IMG/VR virus record: IMGVR_UViG_3300023073_000003
Span: 4,944-68,943 of that record
Source of the DNA: a virus
Lineage: Duplodnaviria > Caudoviricetes
Reading direction: 5' to 3' (one strand)
Length of the DNA: 64,000 nucleotides
Part shown: positions 44,778-54,268 of the stretch, in pieces
How the letters are laid out: every line of letters begins with the position of its first letter
How positions within the stretch are numbered: position 1 is the stretch's first letter
Program-made: the position numbers and the translations under genes
Notes under the pieces: model-generated
What the model was told of the DNA's origin: nothing
The model's database searches: none
The model's input: the letters and a program-made list of their open reading frames with translations, nothing else

Positions 44778-45371
44778 TCAGACGCCGAGCGGGTTGTTGT
44801 ACTGGTGCATGCCGGCGTTGAACTTGCAGATCACCTCGGTGAAATTGCCCGGGGTGGCCTGCGTCTCAAGCACGACATCGACGACGCGCAGCGGCAGCGT
44901 CGCGGCGACCGCGACACCGGGGCCATTGATGCCGACCTGCGAGTTGCCGGTGGCAAGATTGACCGCATTCTGGAGGACGCCGGCGTTCTTGCCGATGGCC
45001 GAGCGCGTGACCGAGCCAACGGTGACACCCGCAGACAGCACCGCGACCTTGAACAGGATGTCCGGGTCATCGGCGACATAGGCGCGGATGTCGGCGGCGA
45101 CGGTGCCCGCCGGGAACGACTGGCGGAAGGTCTTGCCAAACACCGGGTCGGTGTACGAGCAGCCGAGGAAGATGCCGACCGGCGTCGCCGTGACGGTGCC
45201 GACGTCCTTCTCGACATTACCGGCGACGATCTTGACGATGTCGCCGAACCCGATAGTCACGCCATAGGCCGAAGCGATGGCGAAGTGCCGCACGGCACCC
45301 GCGAACACCTGCCCGCCGATCAGGTTGATCGGGATCAGACCGTAGGGGCCGTTCACAGTGGGGTATGCCAT
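44778..45371 (-). CDS. capsid decoration/cement protein
   Basis: MAYPTV..PYGLIPINLIGGQVFAG...GD.V...DDPD..F; immediately upstream of the capsid gene. Confidence 0.75.
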   Translation of the reverse strand: MAYPTVNGPYGLIPINLIGGQVFAGAVRHFAIASAYGVTIGFGDIVKIVAGNVEKDVGTVTATPVGIFLGCSYTDPVFGKTFRQSFPAGTVAADIRAYVADDPDILFKVAVLSAGVTVGSVTRSAIGKNAGVLQNAVNLATGNSQVGINGPGVAVAATLPLRVVDVVLETQATPGNFTEVICKFNAGMHQYNNPLGV

Positions 45372-45386
45372 AGTTAAGCTCCTCGC

Positions 45387-45836
45387 TTACACGCCAGTGC
45401 CGAACGTCGTCTTGGTCTTCTTCTCGCGAAAAAGAGGCATCCGAGGGTCGTTCTCGCGCATGAAATTGCTGTCGACCGACTCCATCTGGTCCTTGGTGCG
45501 GTTCGCGTAATAGGCCGCGCGCTGCGCCGTGAACTCGGTGGGGATTTTGCAGAGCAACAGCCCACCGACCTCGATGTTGTCCTTGAACCGGCTGTCGGGA
45601 TCGATCAGCAGCTTGAACTGCGGCTGATCCTCGATGCGGACCGGCTCATAGCCCTCGCGCAACTTGCCGGAGATATTGCGCGGGTCGTTCTGTCCATAGG
45701 ACGAGACGCGCACCCAGCGCAGATTATACCCCGGCATCGGCTCGGGCTCGGGGAGCGTGGACGCAGGCTGCCAGACCTTGGGGCGCTCACGCTGCTCGCG
45801 CGTGTCGTGCGCGCGGGGGATGCGTCCTTCGGTCAT
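45387..45836 (-). CDS. conserved head-module protein
   Basis: R..DTRE...W.P.S.LP...GY..RWVR...GGLLLCKIP. Confidence 0.75.
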   Translation of the reverse strand: MTEGRIPRAHDTREQRERPKVWQPASTLPEPEPMPGYNLRWVRVSSYGQNDPRNISGKLREGYEPVRIEDQPQFKLLIDPDSRFKDNIEVGGLLLCKIPTEFTAQRAAYYANRTKDQMESVDSNFMRENDPRMPLFREKKTKTTFGTGV

Positions 45837-46753
45837 GCCTTCTGCTCCAACTTGACTAGCTCCCTAGCGTATTCTTCATTGGTCAGCCCGAACTTGCGAG
45901 CGAGCGCGACCTGCGACTTGGTGAGGGTGATGCGCTTGGGGGCTTTGCTGCGAGAGGCAGGAGCCACGACCACTGCGCCGGGCTTGGAGCGGGGAGCGGG
46001 CTCGTCTTCCTCGTCCGAGAACTGCTCGGGGAAGCGCTTCCGCATGGTCTTGTCGACCGTGCTCCAATATTCGTCGGTGCCGGCGTAGGCCGTACCCCGT
46101 TCGTTGATCAGCCTCTGATGGAGGCCCAACGCGGCAGCGGTCATCTCCGGATCGTTGCCATACCACGTATTGCGTTCTTGCCACGCAGTGGCTTTGACAT
46201 CGGGGCGAACCGGCTGCTGGTACTGCTGTACCTCTTCATTTTCGACTTGTACAGTAGGGACGAAACTTTCCGTCTGCTGCTTGCGCATCGTCGCAGCCGT
46301 GAGCTTCTTGCTCGCTTCGACCATCTTATCGGTGTCGCCGGCGTCAAACGCCTCGCGGTACTCGCGCTCGGCCAGCGTGAGGTCGGCACCGGCCGACTGC
46401 TGGAACGAGGTGATGAGGGTGCGCTCGCCGTTGGCCAGCGTCTGCTTCAGGCGGCGATTTTCCTCCAGCAGGCGCTGCGCGGCGCTCACGGCCTCGTTAT
46501 TCTCGCGCTCGATGCGCTCTTTGGCGCGGCGCTCGTCATGGTAAATGCGCTTCGCCTGCTTCAGGCGCTGCTTAACTTTCTCGGAATACTCCTCGAACTC
46601 GTCGGCATCGAGGTCGTCGACGATCTCCTTGGGCATCTCCCCACGCCCACGATCCTCCTCGGGAGTATCATCCACCTCATCGACTTCGGTCGTGTCGTCG
46701 TCCTCGAAATCGAAATCGAACTCGTCGTCCTTCTTGGTCGGCTTGATGGCCAT
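45833..46753 (-). CDS. capsid scaffolding protein
   Basis: acidic N-terminus, long coiled coil, C-terminal LTKSQVALARKFGLTNEEYA; between portal and capsid. Confidence 0.8.
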   Translation of the reverse strand: MAIKPTKKDDEFDFDFEDDDTTEVDEVDDTPEEDRGRGEMPKEIVDDLDADEFEEYSEKVKQRLKQAKRIYHDERRAKERIERENNEAVSAAQRLLEENRRLKQTLANGERTLITSFQQSAGADLTLAEREYREAFDAGDTDKMVEASKKLTAATMRKQQTESFVPTVQVENEEVQQYQQPVRPDVKATAWQERNTWYGNDPEMTAAALGLHQRLINERGTAYAGTDEYWSTVDKTMRKRFPEQFSDEEDEPAPRSKPGAVVVAPASRSKAPKRITLTKSQVALARKFGLTNEEYARELVKLEQKA

Positions 46754-46763
46754 TTGTGCCTCC

Positions 46764-47303
46764 TCAGGCTTCTGCGCGGGCCGTGATGAGGCCCTCGATG
46801 ATGTTGATGTGCGCCGGACAGGTCCGATTGAACTTCCGGCGGTTGGTCACGCGGGGCAACACCTGCAGATTGGGCAGGATATGCAGCCCGCTAAGGTGTT
46901 TGGAGCGCAACGGAAGGATGTGGTCGACCTCGAACCACGGAAAGCACTGCGTGAACAGGTACAGACCGTCGATTTCGACTTGCTGCGCCGGCGTGGTGAT
47001 GTTGCGACCGGCCACAAGGCGCTTCTTGCGCGCGTAGACACGCAAAACATGAGCCTCCCGGGTGCTCCGGTAGTAATTCCGCTGTTTTTCCTGCTTTTCC
47101 GGGCGTTTTGCCTCGTAATCGGCCCTTTTTCGAGCCAATTCGGCCTCTCCAAGGCGATGGTGGCGCGCACGGTTGTACGCCCGCTTGGCTTCGAGGCGTG
47201 CGGCGTCGTTTTCGGCCTGCCGAAGGAGCAATTTCTCGCGGTTTTCGGCGTAATAGGCGCGCATGTAGTCGCGCTTACGCACCAAGTCGCGCTTCTCAGG
47301 CAC
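46764..47303 (-). CDS. HNH homing endonuclease
   Basis: basic Y-x-x-x-N/R repeat helix, then FEVDHILPL...GLHILPNLQVL..N..K.N; probable GTG start at 47303. Confidence 0.85.
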   Translation of the reverse strand: MPEKRDLVRKRDYMRAYYAENREKLLLRQAENDAARLEAKRAYNRARHHRLGEAELARKRADYEAKRPEKQEKQRNYYRSTREAHVLRVYARKKRLVAGRNITTPAQQVEIDGLYLFTQCFPWFEVDHILPLRSKHLSGLHILPNLQVLPRVTNRRKFNRTCPAHINIIEGLITARAEA

Positions 47304-47673
47304 GCGAAATCCCCCTCGGATCTTCGACGACAGCTTCGACGCTGTCGTCATTTATCAGACGGAACAGCTGGCCGTGGATTTTGACCTTCGTGCCCGCATG
47401 GGCGCGCACAAGGACAAAATCCCCCTCCTTACACCACGGCCCACCCGGAAAACGGGTCTTGTCCGCGTAGCAATCAGGCCCCATCCGCATCACGAACAGC
47501 ACGGCTGCGAGCAGCGTCTCGTTTTCGACCGTGATGTCGGCCTTGTGGATGCCGCCGGCGGTCACTTTCTCGACCTCGGGGATGGCACACAGGATGCGGT
47601 AGCCCGATGGGGTCGGCAGCTGCGTTCCATAGCGCGGAGTTTCGTCCTCCGCGCACTCGTCAATCAGGTCCAT
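47296..47673 (-). CDS. groES: GroES/Cpn10-like co-chaperonin
   Basis: P.GYRIL....EVEKVTAGGIH...MGPDCY...WCKEGDFVL...GTK.KI.GQ.FRLINDD.VEAVV. Confidence 0.85.
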   Translation of the reverse strand: MDLIDECAEDETPRYGTQLPTPSGYRILCAIPEVEKVTAGGIHKADITVENETLLAAVLFVMRMGPDCYADKTRFPGGPWCKEGDFVLVRAHAGTKVKIHGQLFRLINDDSVEAVVEDPRGISRA

Positions 47674-47854
47674 CCGTCTCTTCCTCCTCGACTATGTCCT
47701 GCATGATGCCCTTCGCCATGCGGAGGCCGCGATAGACCCCGCAGGTGAACTTGTAGGCGTTGAAATCGGCCGCTGTGCCGGCCGCCAGATCGCCTTCGAT
47801 GTTGGTCAGCGTCTCATCGATCTTGGCGATGATCAGCTGCAAGGCTTGGCTCAT
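47660..47854 (-). CDS. small conserved protein downstream of portal
   Basis: LAAGTA.DF..YKF.CGVYRGL..A pattern. Confidence 0.75.
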   Translation of the reverse strand: MSQALQLIIAKIDETLTNIEGDLAAGTAADFNAYKFTCGVYRGLRMAKGIMQDIVEEEETDGPD

Positions 47855-50412
47855 ACAGGCGCTCCCTCAGGCGGTGCCGGGGGTTCCGCCCCGGGCTCGG
47901 ATTGCCCCTCAGCGCCCGCCTGCGGGGCGCTGGCGGCCATCTGGTGCAGCGTGGCCACTTCCTGCGGTTGAGGCGCGCCACCCGCCTGTGCGGCCTCGCG
48001 GGCGATCTCGACGCCCATCTTGAGCCCCGCCTCCTGCTGCTTCGCGCTGAGCTCGGCCTTCGACGTCGCGAGCTTGGCCCCGACCTGCAGTCCGGCGATG
48101 CGCTCGGCCGACGCGATCTTGGCACCAGCGAGGTCGTGCTGGTCGGCCTTTGCCGCCGAGTCGACCTTGAACTGCTGCTCCTTGAGCGAAACCTCGCGGT
48201 CCTTGAGCTCCAGTTCCTTCTGCTGCATCTGGACGATGGGGTCCTTCGCCATCTCCTCGTTCTTCTTACCTTCGGCTTCGCCCTTGTTCTTCTCCAGCAG
48301 CTGCTTGGCAGCGGCGGCCGCGAGGCGGCTGACGGCGACCTCGGTCTCGGGCGACATCGGCTGATCGGGCAGCGGCAGCGGCACGCCGGCCTGCTCCTCG
48401 ATCTGCTTGCGGTAGCTGAACGCGAGGTGCTCCATGACGTGCGCCGCGCCGGCGCCCATGATGGTCTGCGCGGCCGGGTTCTGGCCGATGAGCTCCATCA
48501 GCTTGGGGTCCTGCATCGCAGCGGTGTGCACGGCCAGATGCGCCTCGTGGTCCTGTTCGAGGAACGCCTTCACCGGCTTGCCATTCATGATGTTCATGTT
48601 CTCGCTGACCGGGTCGGTCGGCTTCATGTCGTCGCCATCCTTGAGCGGCACGAGCTTGGAAGCGTTCTTGATACCCAGCACCTCCAGCATCTGGCGGTGG
48701 AGGAACGGCATGTCGTAAATCTGCGGCGCGGTCTGCGCCAGCTGGATGACGGCTTGGTACTGGACGATCTTCTGCGCCATGGTGGCGGCGTTGGGATCGC
48801 TGACCGGCAGCACCTCGGTGCTGTCGTAATCCTTCTTCTTCGCCTTGCGGCCGCCCTCCTCGGGGTCGTAGCTGTAGCTGTCGGGGGTGTAGTCGCGGAT
48901 GATACCCTTGAGGAGCTTGAACTCCTGCTTCATCGAATAGTGGACGCGCGCCTGCACGGCGGACATGAGCTTCAGCGCGCGCTCAAGGATCGCGAGCGTG
49001 GTGCCCACGGGGGCCTGCGCGCTCATGTCGCTGATCTTCAGGTCACCGGCGCCGGCGAGCTTGCGGCCCTCCTCGACGATGTTCTGCAGCAGCGCGAACA
49101 GGACTTGGCTCGGTTCCTTGTACGGCAGCGGCATGATGTTGTCGCGCATCGTGCCGCTGGCTACGTCGACGTCGCGCCACTCGGCCGGGCCGATGGGCGT
49201 GTCGTCACCCTTGACGCGCAGCCCCTTGGTCTTGAACCCACCGGGCAGGTTCGACAGGGTGCCAGCATCGACCAGCTGGCGGATCAGCGCCGTGCCGCTT
49301 TTCGCGAACGCACCGACGATGTGGATCCGGCCGAAGGCGTAGAAGCCGAAACCGGGGATGTAGGCGTAATGGACAAAGTGCGAGCGCTTGCGCTTGAGGT
49401 CGTCGTCGGGCTGCCAATTGCGACGGATCGCGAGGACTTCCTGCGTCTCCTTCTCAATCGTGACGATATACGGCAGGCCCACGCCATCGTCCGTGCCCTT
49501 GCGGAACTCATCGTCATCGATGATGAGGTCGACCTGCATCTCCAGCAGCTTGTACCGGTTGTCGGTGGTGGCATCGAACCCCTGCTTCTCGGCGATCTTC
49601 TTCTCGATCTCCTCCAGCGTGTTGGTCGGCTCCGGCAGGTCGACGTCAGCGTAGAACCCCGCCACCATGAGCTTCTTGAGCTCGTTCGCGGTCTTGCGCA
49701 TGACATGCGTCACCCGCTCCGCCGTCTCGATGTTTGACGCGCCGTACGGCACCACGACGTCCTCGGCGGTGACGTACATCGCCGTCTGGCGGCCGAGGTT
49801 GGGGTCGAAATAGACCTTCTTGAAAGCGTTGCCGCTGAGGCCCAGCCCCCACAGCATGCGCTCGTGCTCCGGGCGATATTCGGGCATCGCCTCGGTCAGC
49901 TGGTAGTTCATATCCTCTTCGACACGCAGCGCGGCGGCGCGCTTCTCCGGGGTCTCCTTGCCGATGATCTTGGTGCGGACCGGCCCCTGCGCGGGGAAGG
50001 TCTCGGTCATCGTCTCGGCTTGGAACTTGACCAGCGCTTCGGCCAGCAGCGGGTGGTAGACGCCACAGGCGCCGGGCCACGGCTCGGTGCGATCCTCGAT
50101 GGACAGGCCCAGCAGTTCGATACCATCGGCGAAGGTGTTGATCCACTCGCGCCGCGCGTTGGTGTCCTCCTCAAAGTCGAAGCAGAGCTCGCTGGCGATG
50201 GTGGTCAGCTGGCTGCCTTCAAGCTCGTCGACGAGGTTATCGTCGAAGCCTTTGGGGGTGGGTTTCTCGGGGGTCTCGGTGCCGTCGCGATCCTCATCGT
50301 CCTCAACGTCGACGATGAGGTCGGCTTCGTCGTCCTCGTTGGCTGGGTACGGACTTAGGCCCAGCGGGGCTTGGCTGATCGCCTTGTCGACGTTGGACGG
50401 AGACGTTGCCAT
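47851..50412 (-). CDS. portal protein (P22-like)
   Basis: 853 aa after TerL; R.EW...GIELLG...EPWPGACGV.HP; LSNLPGGFK; coiled-coil C-terminal barrel. Confidence 0.92.
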   Translation of the reverse strand: MATSPSNVDKAISQAPLGLSPYPANEDDEADLIVDVEDDEDRDGTETPEKPTPKGFDDNLVDELEGSQLTTIASELCFDFEEDTNARREWINTFADGIELLGLSIEDRTEPWPGACGVYHPLLAEALVKFQAETMTETFPAQGPVRTKIIGKETPEKRAAALRVEEDMNYQLTEAMPEYRPEHERMLWGLGLSGNAFKKVYFDPNLGRQTAMYVTAEDVVVPYGASNIETAERVTHVMRKTANELKKLMVAGFYADVDLPEPTNTLEEIEKKIAEKQGFDATTDNRYKLLEMQVDLIIDDDEFRKGTDDGVGLPYIVTIEKETQEVLAIRRNWQPDDDLKRKRSHFVHYAYIPGFGFYAFGRIHIVGAFAKSGTALIRQLVDAGTLSNLPGGFKTKGLRVKGDDTPIGPAEWRDVDVASGTMRDNIMPLPYKEPSQVLFALLQNIVEEGRKLAGAGDLKISDMSAQAPVGTTLAILERALKLMSAVQARVHYSMKQEFKLLKGIIRDYTPDSYSYDPEEGGRKAKKKDYDSTEVLPVSDPNAATMAQKIVQYQAVIQLAQTAPQIYDMPFLHRQMLEVLGIKNASKLVPLKDGDDMKPTDPVSENMNIMNGKPVKAFLEQDHEAHLAVHTAAMQDPKLMELIGQNPAAQTIMGAGAAHVMEHLAFSYRKQIEEQAGVPLPLPDQPMSPETEVAVSRLAAAAAKQLLEKNKGEAEGKKNEEMAKDPIVQMQQKELELKDREVSLKEQQFKVDSAAKADQHDLAGAKIASAERIAGLQVGAKLATSKAELSAKQQEAGLKMGVEIAREAAQAGGAPQPQEVATLHQMAASAPQAGAEGQSEPGAEPPAPPEGAPV

Positions 50413-50502
50413 AGGACAAACCCTTAGGTTATAGGTGCGGGCAGGGACCGCGTTACGAGCGCCATCCCTGCCCTGACACGCCCAGCTTTCGAGGAGCCGG
50501 AT

Positions 50503-51018
50503 ATGCCTAGCAAACCATTACCCTCCCCTGCGTACCTGCACAAGCGGCTGCGCTATGAGCCGTCGACGGGCAAGCTGTACTGGCGCGCGTATGCCGGCAT
50601 GCCACAGAAGTGGATCACGAAGTGGGCCGGCAAGGAAGCGCTCGCCTGCAACAAAGCCGGCTATCGATGCGGGAGGATCGACAACGTTCTCGTGCGCGCA
50701 CACCGTGTCATTTGGGCGATGGTGACGGGGGCGTGGCCGGCAGGCGAGGTTGACCATCAGGATCACGACCGCGCGAACAACCGCATCCGCAACCTGCGCG
50801 TCACTGATGACGTAGGCACAGCCCGTAACCAAACGCGCCATAAGGATAATACCAGCGGTGTGATGGGGGTCGACTACGTCAAGCGGGATCAGCTGTGGCG
50901 CGCGCGGATCGGTAGGAGGACCTGCCTTGGCACTTTCCATACCTTCAGTGAAGCCGTGGTGGCCCGCCGCGCCGCCGAGCGCGCGCACGGCTACCACCCG
51001 AACCACGGCACTCAGTAG
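50503..51018 (+). CDS. HNH-AP2 homing endonuclease, antisense insertion between terL and portal
   Basis: LRYEPSTGKLYW, AHRVIW, VDHQDHDRANNRIRNLR, NTSGVMGV...WRARI. Confidence 0.9.
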   Translation: MPSKPLPSPAYLHKRLRYEPSTGKLYWRAYAGMPQKWITKWAGKEALACNKAGYRCGRIDNVLVRAHRVIWAMVTGAWPAGEVDHQDHDRANNRIRNLRVTDDVGTARNQTRHKDNTSGVMGVDYVKRDQLWRARIGRRTCLGTFHTFSEAVVARRAAERAHGYHPNHGTQ

Positions 51019-52535
51019 TAACCCCGAGACCGGTTCGAACGAAAGTACTCAATCTCCTCCGGCTCATCCATGGTTGTGCCGACATACCCGCCCTGCCGGA
51101 AGCGATGCAGGGCCATGGACACACAGTCCACCATGTCGTCATGACGCCCTGCCGGAAACTCCGCGACCTCGTCCATGACTTCCTCGGCCCAGCGGGTGGG
51201 CGGCGCCCACACGCGGCCGCTGGCGAAGATGTCTGCGACCGCATTGAGCCGGCTAATCTTGTCGTTGCCACGTACTGGGGTGAAGCTGGACACCGGGATG
51301 CCTGCCGCACGCATCTCGTAGATGAGCGGCGCGCCGCTGGCCTTGGCCTCCACGATCATCGCATCCGGCGCCCACTCGCGATACTCCTCCATCGCGCGCT
51401 GTTTCAGCTGCGGGAACTCCATGCGGTCGCGAAAGGCATTGAGTAGGATGATATTCGCCACCTTGAGGCCGGTGGTCTCGTCGTCACGATAGAACACGCC
51501 CCACGTCAGGAAAGCGCTATAGTCGGCGCGGTTATGTTTCTCGAACGCGGTGTCGAGGGTCATCAGGATGAACTCGCACGCCGGCGGGTCGCGCTTCTCC
51601 CACATCTGCCACCACTCGCGCTTGACGATGGCCGCGCTGTCGCTCGTCGGGTCCTGTTGGTACTGCGCCATCCACTTGGAATTAGGGATGTCGCGCTTGA
51701 CCTTGAGGAGCTCCTCCACACTCCAAAATGCAGGCCAAACAGGGTTGCCGCTCGGCAGGATCGCCGGGAACTGGATGACCTCCCACTCGTCGATACTGTC
51801 GTTCTGGATCGCATCGTCGAGAATGCGGCCCACGATGTCGCGCTTACTCCAGCGTGTGCAGACGATGATGATGGCCCCGCCCGGCTGCAAGCGCTGGCGC
51901 GGGCCGGAGGTGTACCACTCGAACGTCTTGTCGAACACATCCGGATTGCTCTCGGCGAGCGCCGCTTCTTGCTCACTGTGCGCGTCATCGATGATCAGCA
52001 GGTCCGCGCCCTTGCCGCTGACGGCACCACCGACGCCGATGGCGAAGTAGGTGCCTTCCTTGCTGGTATTCCAGCGACCGGCGGCCTTGCTATCGGTCGC
52101 GAGCGCAAGGTTCGGGAAGATGTCGTGGTAACCGGGCGTGTCGACCAAGTTCCTAACTTTGCGGCCAAACCCGACTGCGAGCTCGGCGGTGTGGCTGGCC
52201 TGAATGACCTTCTTGTCGGGAAACTGCCCGAGGAACCAAGCAGGGAGCAAGTAGCTGGCGAACTCCGACTTCGTGTGGCGCGGGGGCATACACACGATCA
52301 AGCGCTTGAGCTCGCCACGCGCCACGCGCTCGAACGCCTCCGCGATTTTCAAATGGTGGCGCCCCGAGATGAAGCTCGGCCACATCGCCTCGACGAACAG
52401 GATGAACGAGCGCCGCGCGCCCTCGCGGCGCTTGAGCTCCTCCAGCTTCGCCAGTTCCGCGAGCAGGAACTCCTGCTCGGCTGGGGACAAGCGGTGGAGT
52501 ATCTTGGGGATGTCCTTGAGGGACAGATCAGCCAT
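51012..52535 (-). CDS. terL: terminase large subunit
   Basis: RLIVCMPPRHTKS, LLIIDD, YQQDP, DTAF.K...DYSA, HDDMVD. Confidence 0.95.
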   Translation of the reverse strand: MADLSLKDIPKILHRLSPAEQEFLLAELAKLEELKRREGARRSFILFVEAMWPSFISGRHHLKIAEAFERVARGELKRLIVCMPPRHTKSEFASYLLPAWFLGQFPDKKVIQASHTAELAVGFGRKVRNLVDTPGYHDIFPNLALATDSKAAGRWNTSKEGTYFAIGVGGAVSGKGADLLIIDDAHSEQEAALAESNPDVFDKTFEWYTSGPRQRLQPGGAIIIVCTRWSKRDIVGRILDDAIQNDSIDEWEVIQFPAILPSGNPVWPAFWSVEELLKVKRDIPNSKWMAQYQQDPTSDSAAIVKREWWQMWEKRDPPACEFILMTLDTAFEKHNRADYSAFLTWGVFYRDDETTGLKVANIILLNAFRDRMEFPQLKQRAMEEYREWAPDAMIVEAKASGAPLIYEMRAAGIPVSSFTPVRGNDKISRLNAVADIFASGRVWAPPTRWAEEVMDEVAEFPAGRHDDMVDCVSMALHRFRQGGYVGTTMDEPEEIEYFRSNRSRGYY

Positions 52536-52797
52536 GGTTGATCGGGTCGCGCATCAGCAGGATGATCTCCTGCAGCAGCCCGACCTGCGCGAACGACTTG
52601 AAGCTGCCGGCCTGCATGTAGCCCGTGGTCGAACCCTTCAAGCTGTCCTCATCATCGCTGTAGACGATGATGAGATGCTTGGGGCTGATCTCGCCCGACT
52701 TGAGGCGCTGGAGGAATATCTCGACGGCATCGACGGGGGCATGGCTGGACGGCTTGCCGTCGCTCTTTTCCCAGCGCTTGCGAGCGATGTCATTCAT
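52528..52797 (-). CDS. small hypothetical protein between terS and terL
   Basis: ATG 52797 overlapping the upstream stop region. Confidence 0.6.
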   Translation of the reverse strand: MNDIARKRWEKSDGKPSSHAPVDAVEIFLQRLKSGEISPKHLIIVYSDDEDSLKGSTTGYMQAGSFKSFAQVGLLQEIILLMRDPINHG

Positions 52798-53527
52798 CGA
52801 AGGGGGAGCTCCAGTCGAAGTCGGGGCTGTCGTCGGGGTCTTCTTCGACACCCTCGCAGAGCTCGGGCGGTTCCTGCCAGACGGCAAGGTCCTGCGCCGG
52901 CGCCGGCGGGGGCACGTCGACGTAACTCGCGAGCTCGATCTCCTCCTCATCGTCGTCATCGTCGGGGAACACCATCTCCTCCGACGCGACATGGGTCAGG
53001 GAGAGCAGGCGCTTGACGCGCTCCTTGATCGCCTGCTCCAAGCCTTCGCTCGTCGTGTAGTTGATGTTGATCTCGCTGCGCTCGGTGAACAGGCTGATGT
53101 CCGAGTGCTTGCCTAGGAGTTCGATGGCCTTGAGCTCGTAGCGCGCGTCGCCGCAGTCGGCGAGCTCAATCAGCTTGTTGGTCAGCGCGGTGCGGACTTG
53201 GACGACGTCCATGGCGAGGGAGGAGCCGTATGTGGCGAGGAAGGACGACACCGCGCGCGCCGCGACCGGGTGGTGGGCGAGCGGGCTGATCTTACCGCTG
53301 GTAAGGGCGTCCTTGAGGATGCGCTTCTCCTCGTCGAAATCCTCTTGGCTCATGTCCGGCGGCGGGCGCTTGCGTTTGAGGAACTCGGTGGCGTGCGCGG
53401 TGGCGCTGGTCACGGAGAGCTCATCGAGGGTGGAGGTGGGCTCGCGGGCGCGCGCGTCGCCTTCCGGGTCGTACGGCAGCGGATGGTCGCTGGTCGGCTT
53501 GAGCTTGACGGTGCGCTGGCGGGCCAT
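52790..53527 (-). CDS. terS: probable terminase small subunit
   Basis: position upstream of terL; ELKAIELLGKHSDISLFTERSEI motif; start at 53527. Confidence 0.65.
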   Translation of the reverse strand: MARQRTVKLKPTSDHPLPYDPEGDARAREPTSTLDELSVTSATAHATEFLKRKRPPPDMSQEDFDEEKRILKDALTSGKISPLAHHPVAARAVSSFLATYGSSLAMDVVQVRTALTNKLIELADCGDARYELKAIELLGKHSDISLFTERSEININYTTSEGLEQAIKERVKRLLSLTHVASEEMVFPDDDDDEEEIELASYVDVPPPAPAQDLAVWQEPPELCEGVEEDPDDSPDFDWSSPFDE

Positions 53528-53545
53528 AGAGGGCGTGTGTAGCTC

Positions 53546-53577
53546 AAAAAAATCCCCGCCGGAAGACCGGCGGGGAT
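53546..53577 (-). terminator. Rho-independent terminator closing the tRNA/PEP-CTERM cassette
   Basis: stem ATCCCCGCCGG/CCGGCGGGGAT followed by T7 on the - strand. Confidence 0.9.
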
Positions 53578-53613
53578 CAGGCTCATGCGCGGCAGCGCAT
53601 GGATTGGCTTGCC

Positions 53614-54159
53614 TTACGGACGCGCCAGCCGGCTTGCGCTCGGGCGCGAGCGCGTCCGTGCAAAGGCGCCGGCGGCACCGAAGCCGACCAGCATGAGCGC
53701 CCAAGTCGCTGGTTCCGGCACGGGCGGCGTGTTGACACTGAGGATGCTGATCTCGGCGGCGCTGAACGGTCCGGCATTGTTCACCTGAGAGGCGACCGCA
53801 CCGATGGAGAAGGGCGTCGGCGGAAAGACAGCCGACCAGTCGAGCCCGGTCGTGAAGTCCAAGGTGAACGAGCCGAAATCCAGATCGAAGCCCGTGCCGC
53901 TGAAACTGTTGGCGATGGGCGTACTGGCCACGGGGATGGCGTTGATGCTGGCGCTGAACGTGTTCAGGATCGGCTGCGTGGGGGACAGCGCGTTGAAGCT
54001 GAAGCTAAGCACGCGGTTCGAGCCACTGAGGGCCGTGCCGAACGTACCGGGCGCCCACGTCAGGATGCCGGAGATGATGAAGGTCTTGGTCGCGGCCGCC
54101 GGCGCGGAGGCAAGCGCTAGGCTCGCGAGCGCGGCAAGGGCAAGGAAGAATTTGCGCAT
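53614..54159 (-). CDS. secreted PEPxxWA-CTERM (exosortase-sorted) surface protein
   Basis: signal peptide MRKFFLALAALASLALASAPAAA; C-terminal VPEPATWALMLVGFGAAGAFARTRSR; GAGGG RBS. Confidence 0.9.
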   Translation of the reverse strand: MRKFFLALAALASLALASAPAAATKTFIISGILTWAPGTFGTALSGSNRVLSFSFNALSPTQPILNTFSASINAIPVASTPIANSFSGTGFDLDFGSFTLDFTTGLDWSAVFPPTPFSIGAVASQVNNAGPFSAAEISILSVNTPPVPEPATWALMLVGFGAAGAFARTRSRPSASRLARP

Positions 54160-54268
54160 GGTGTTGGTCCCCTCGTTGGTACTGCGGCCAGCATTTGGGA
54201 CTGGGGGTCGGGCGGGCCGACCGCAGCAGCCGTGCATAACACGACCGCTGCGGTGCAGCTAGAGACGC

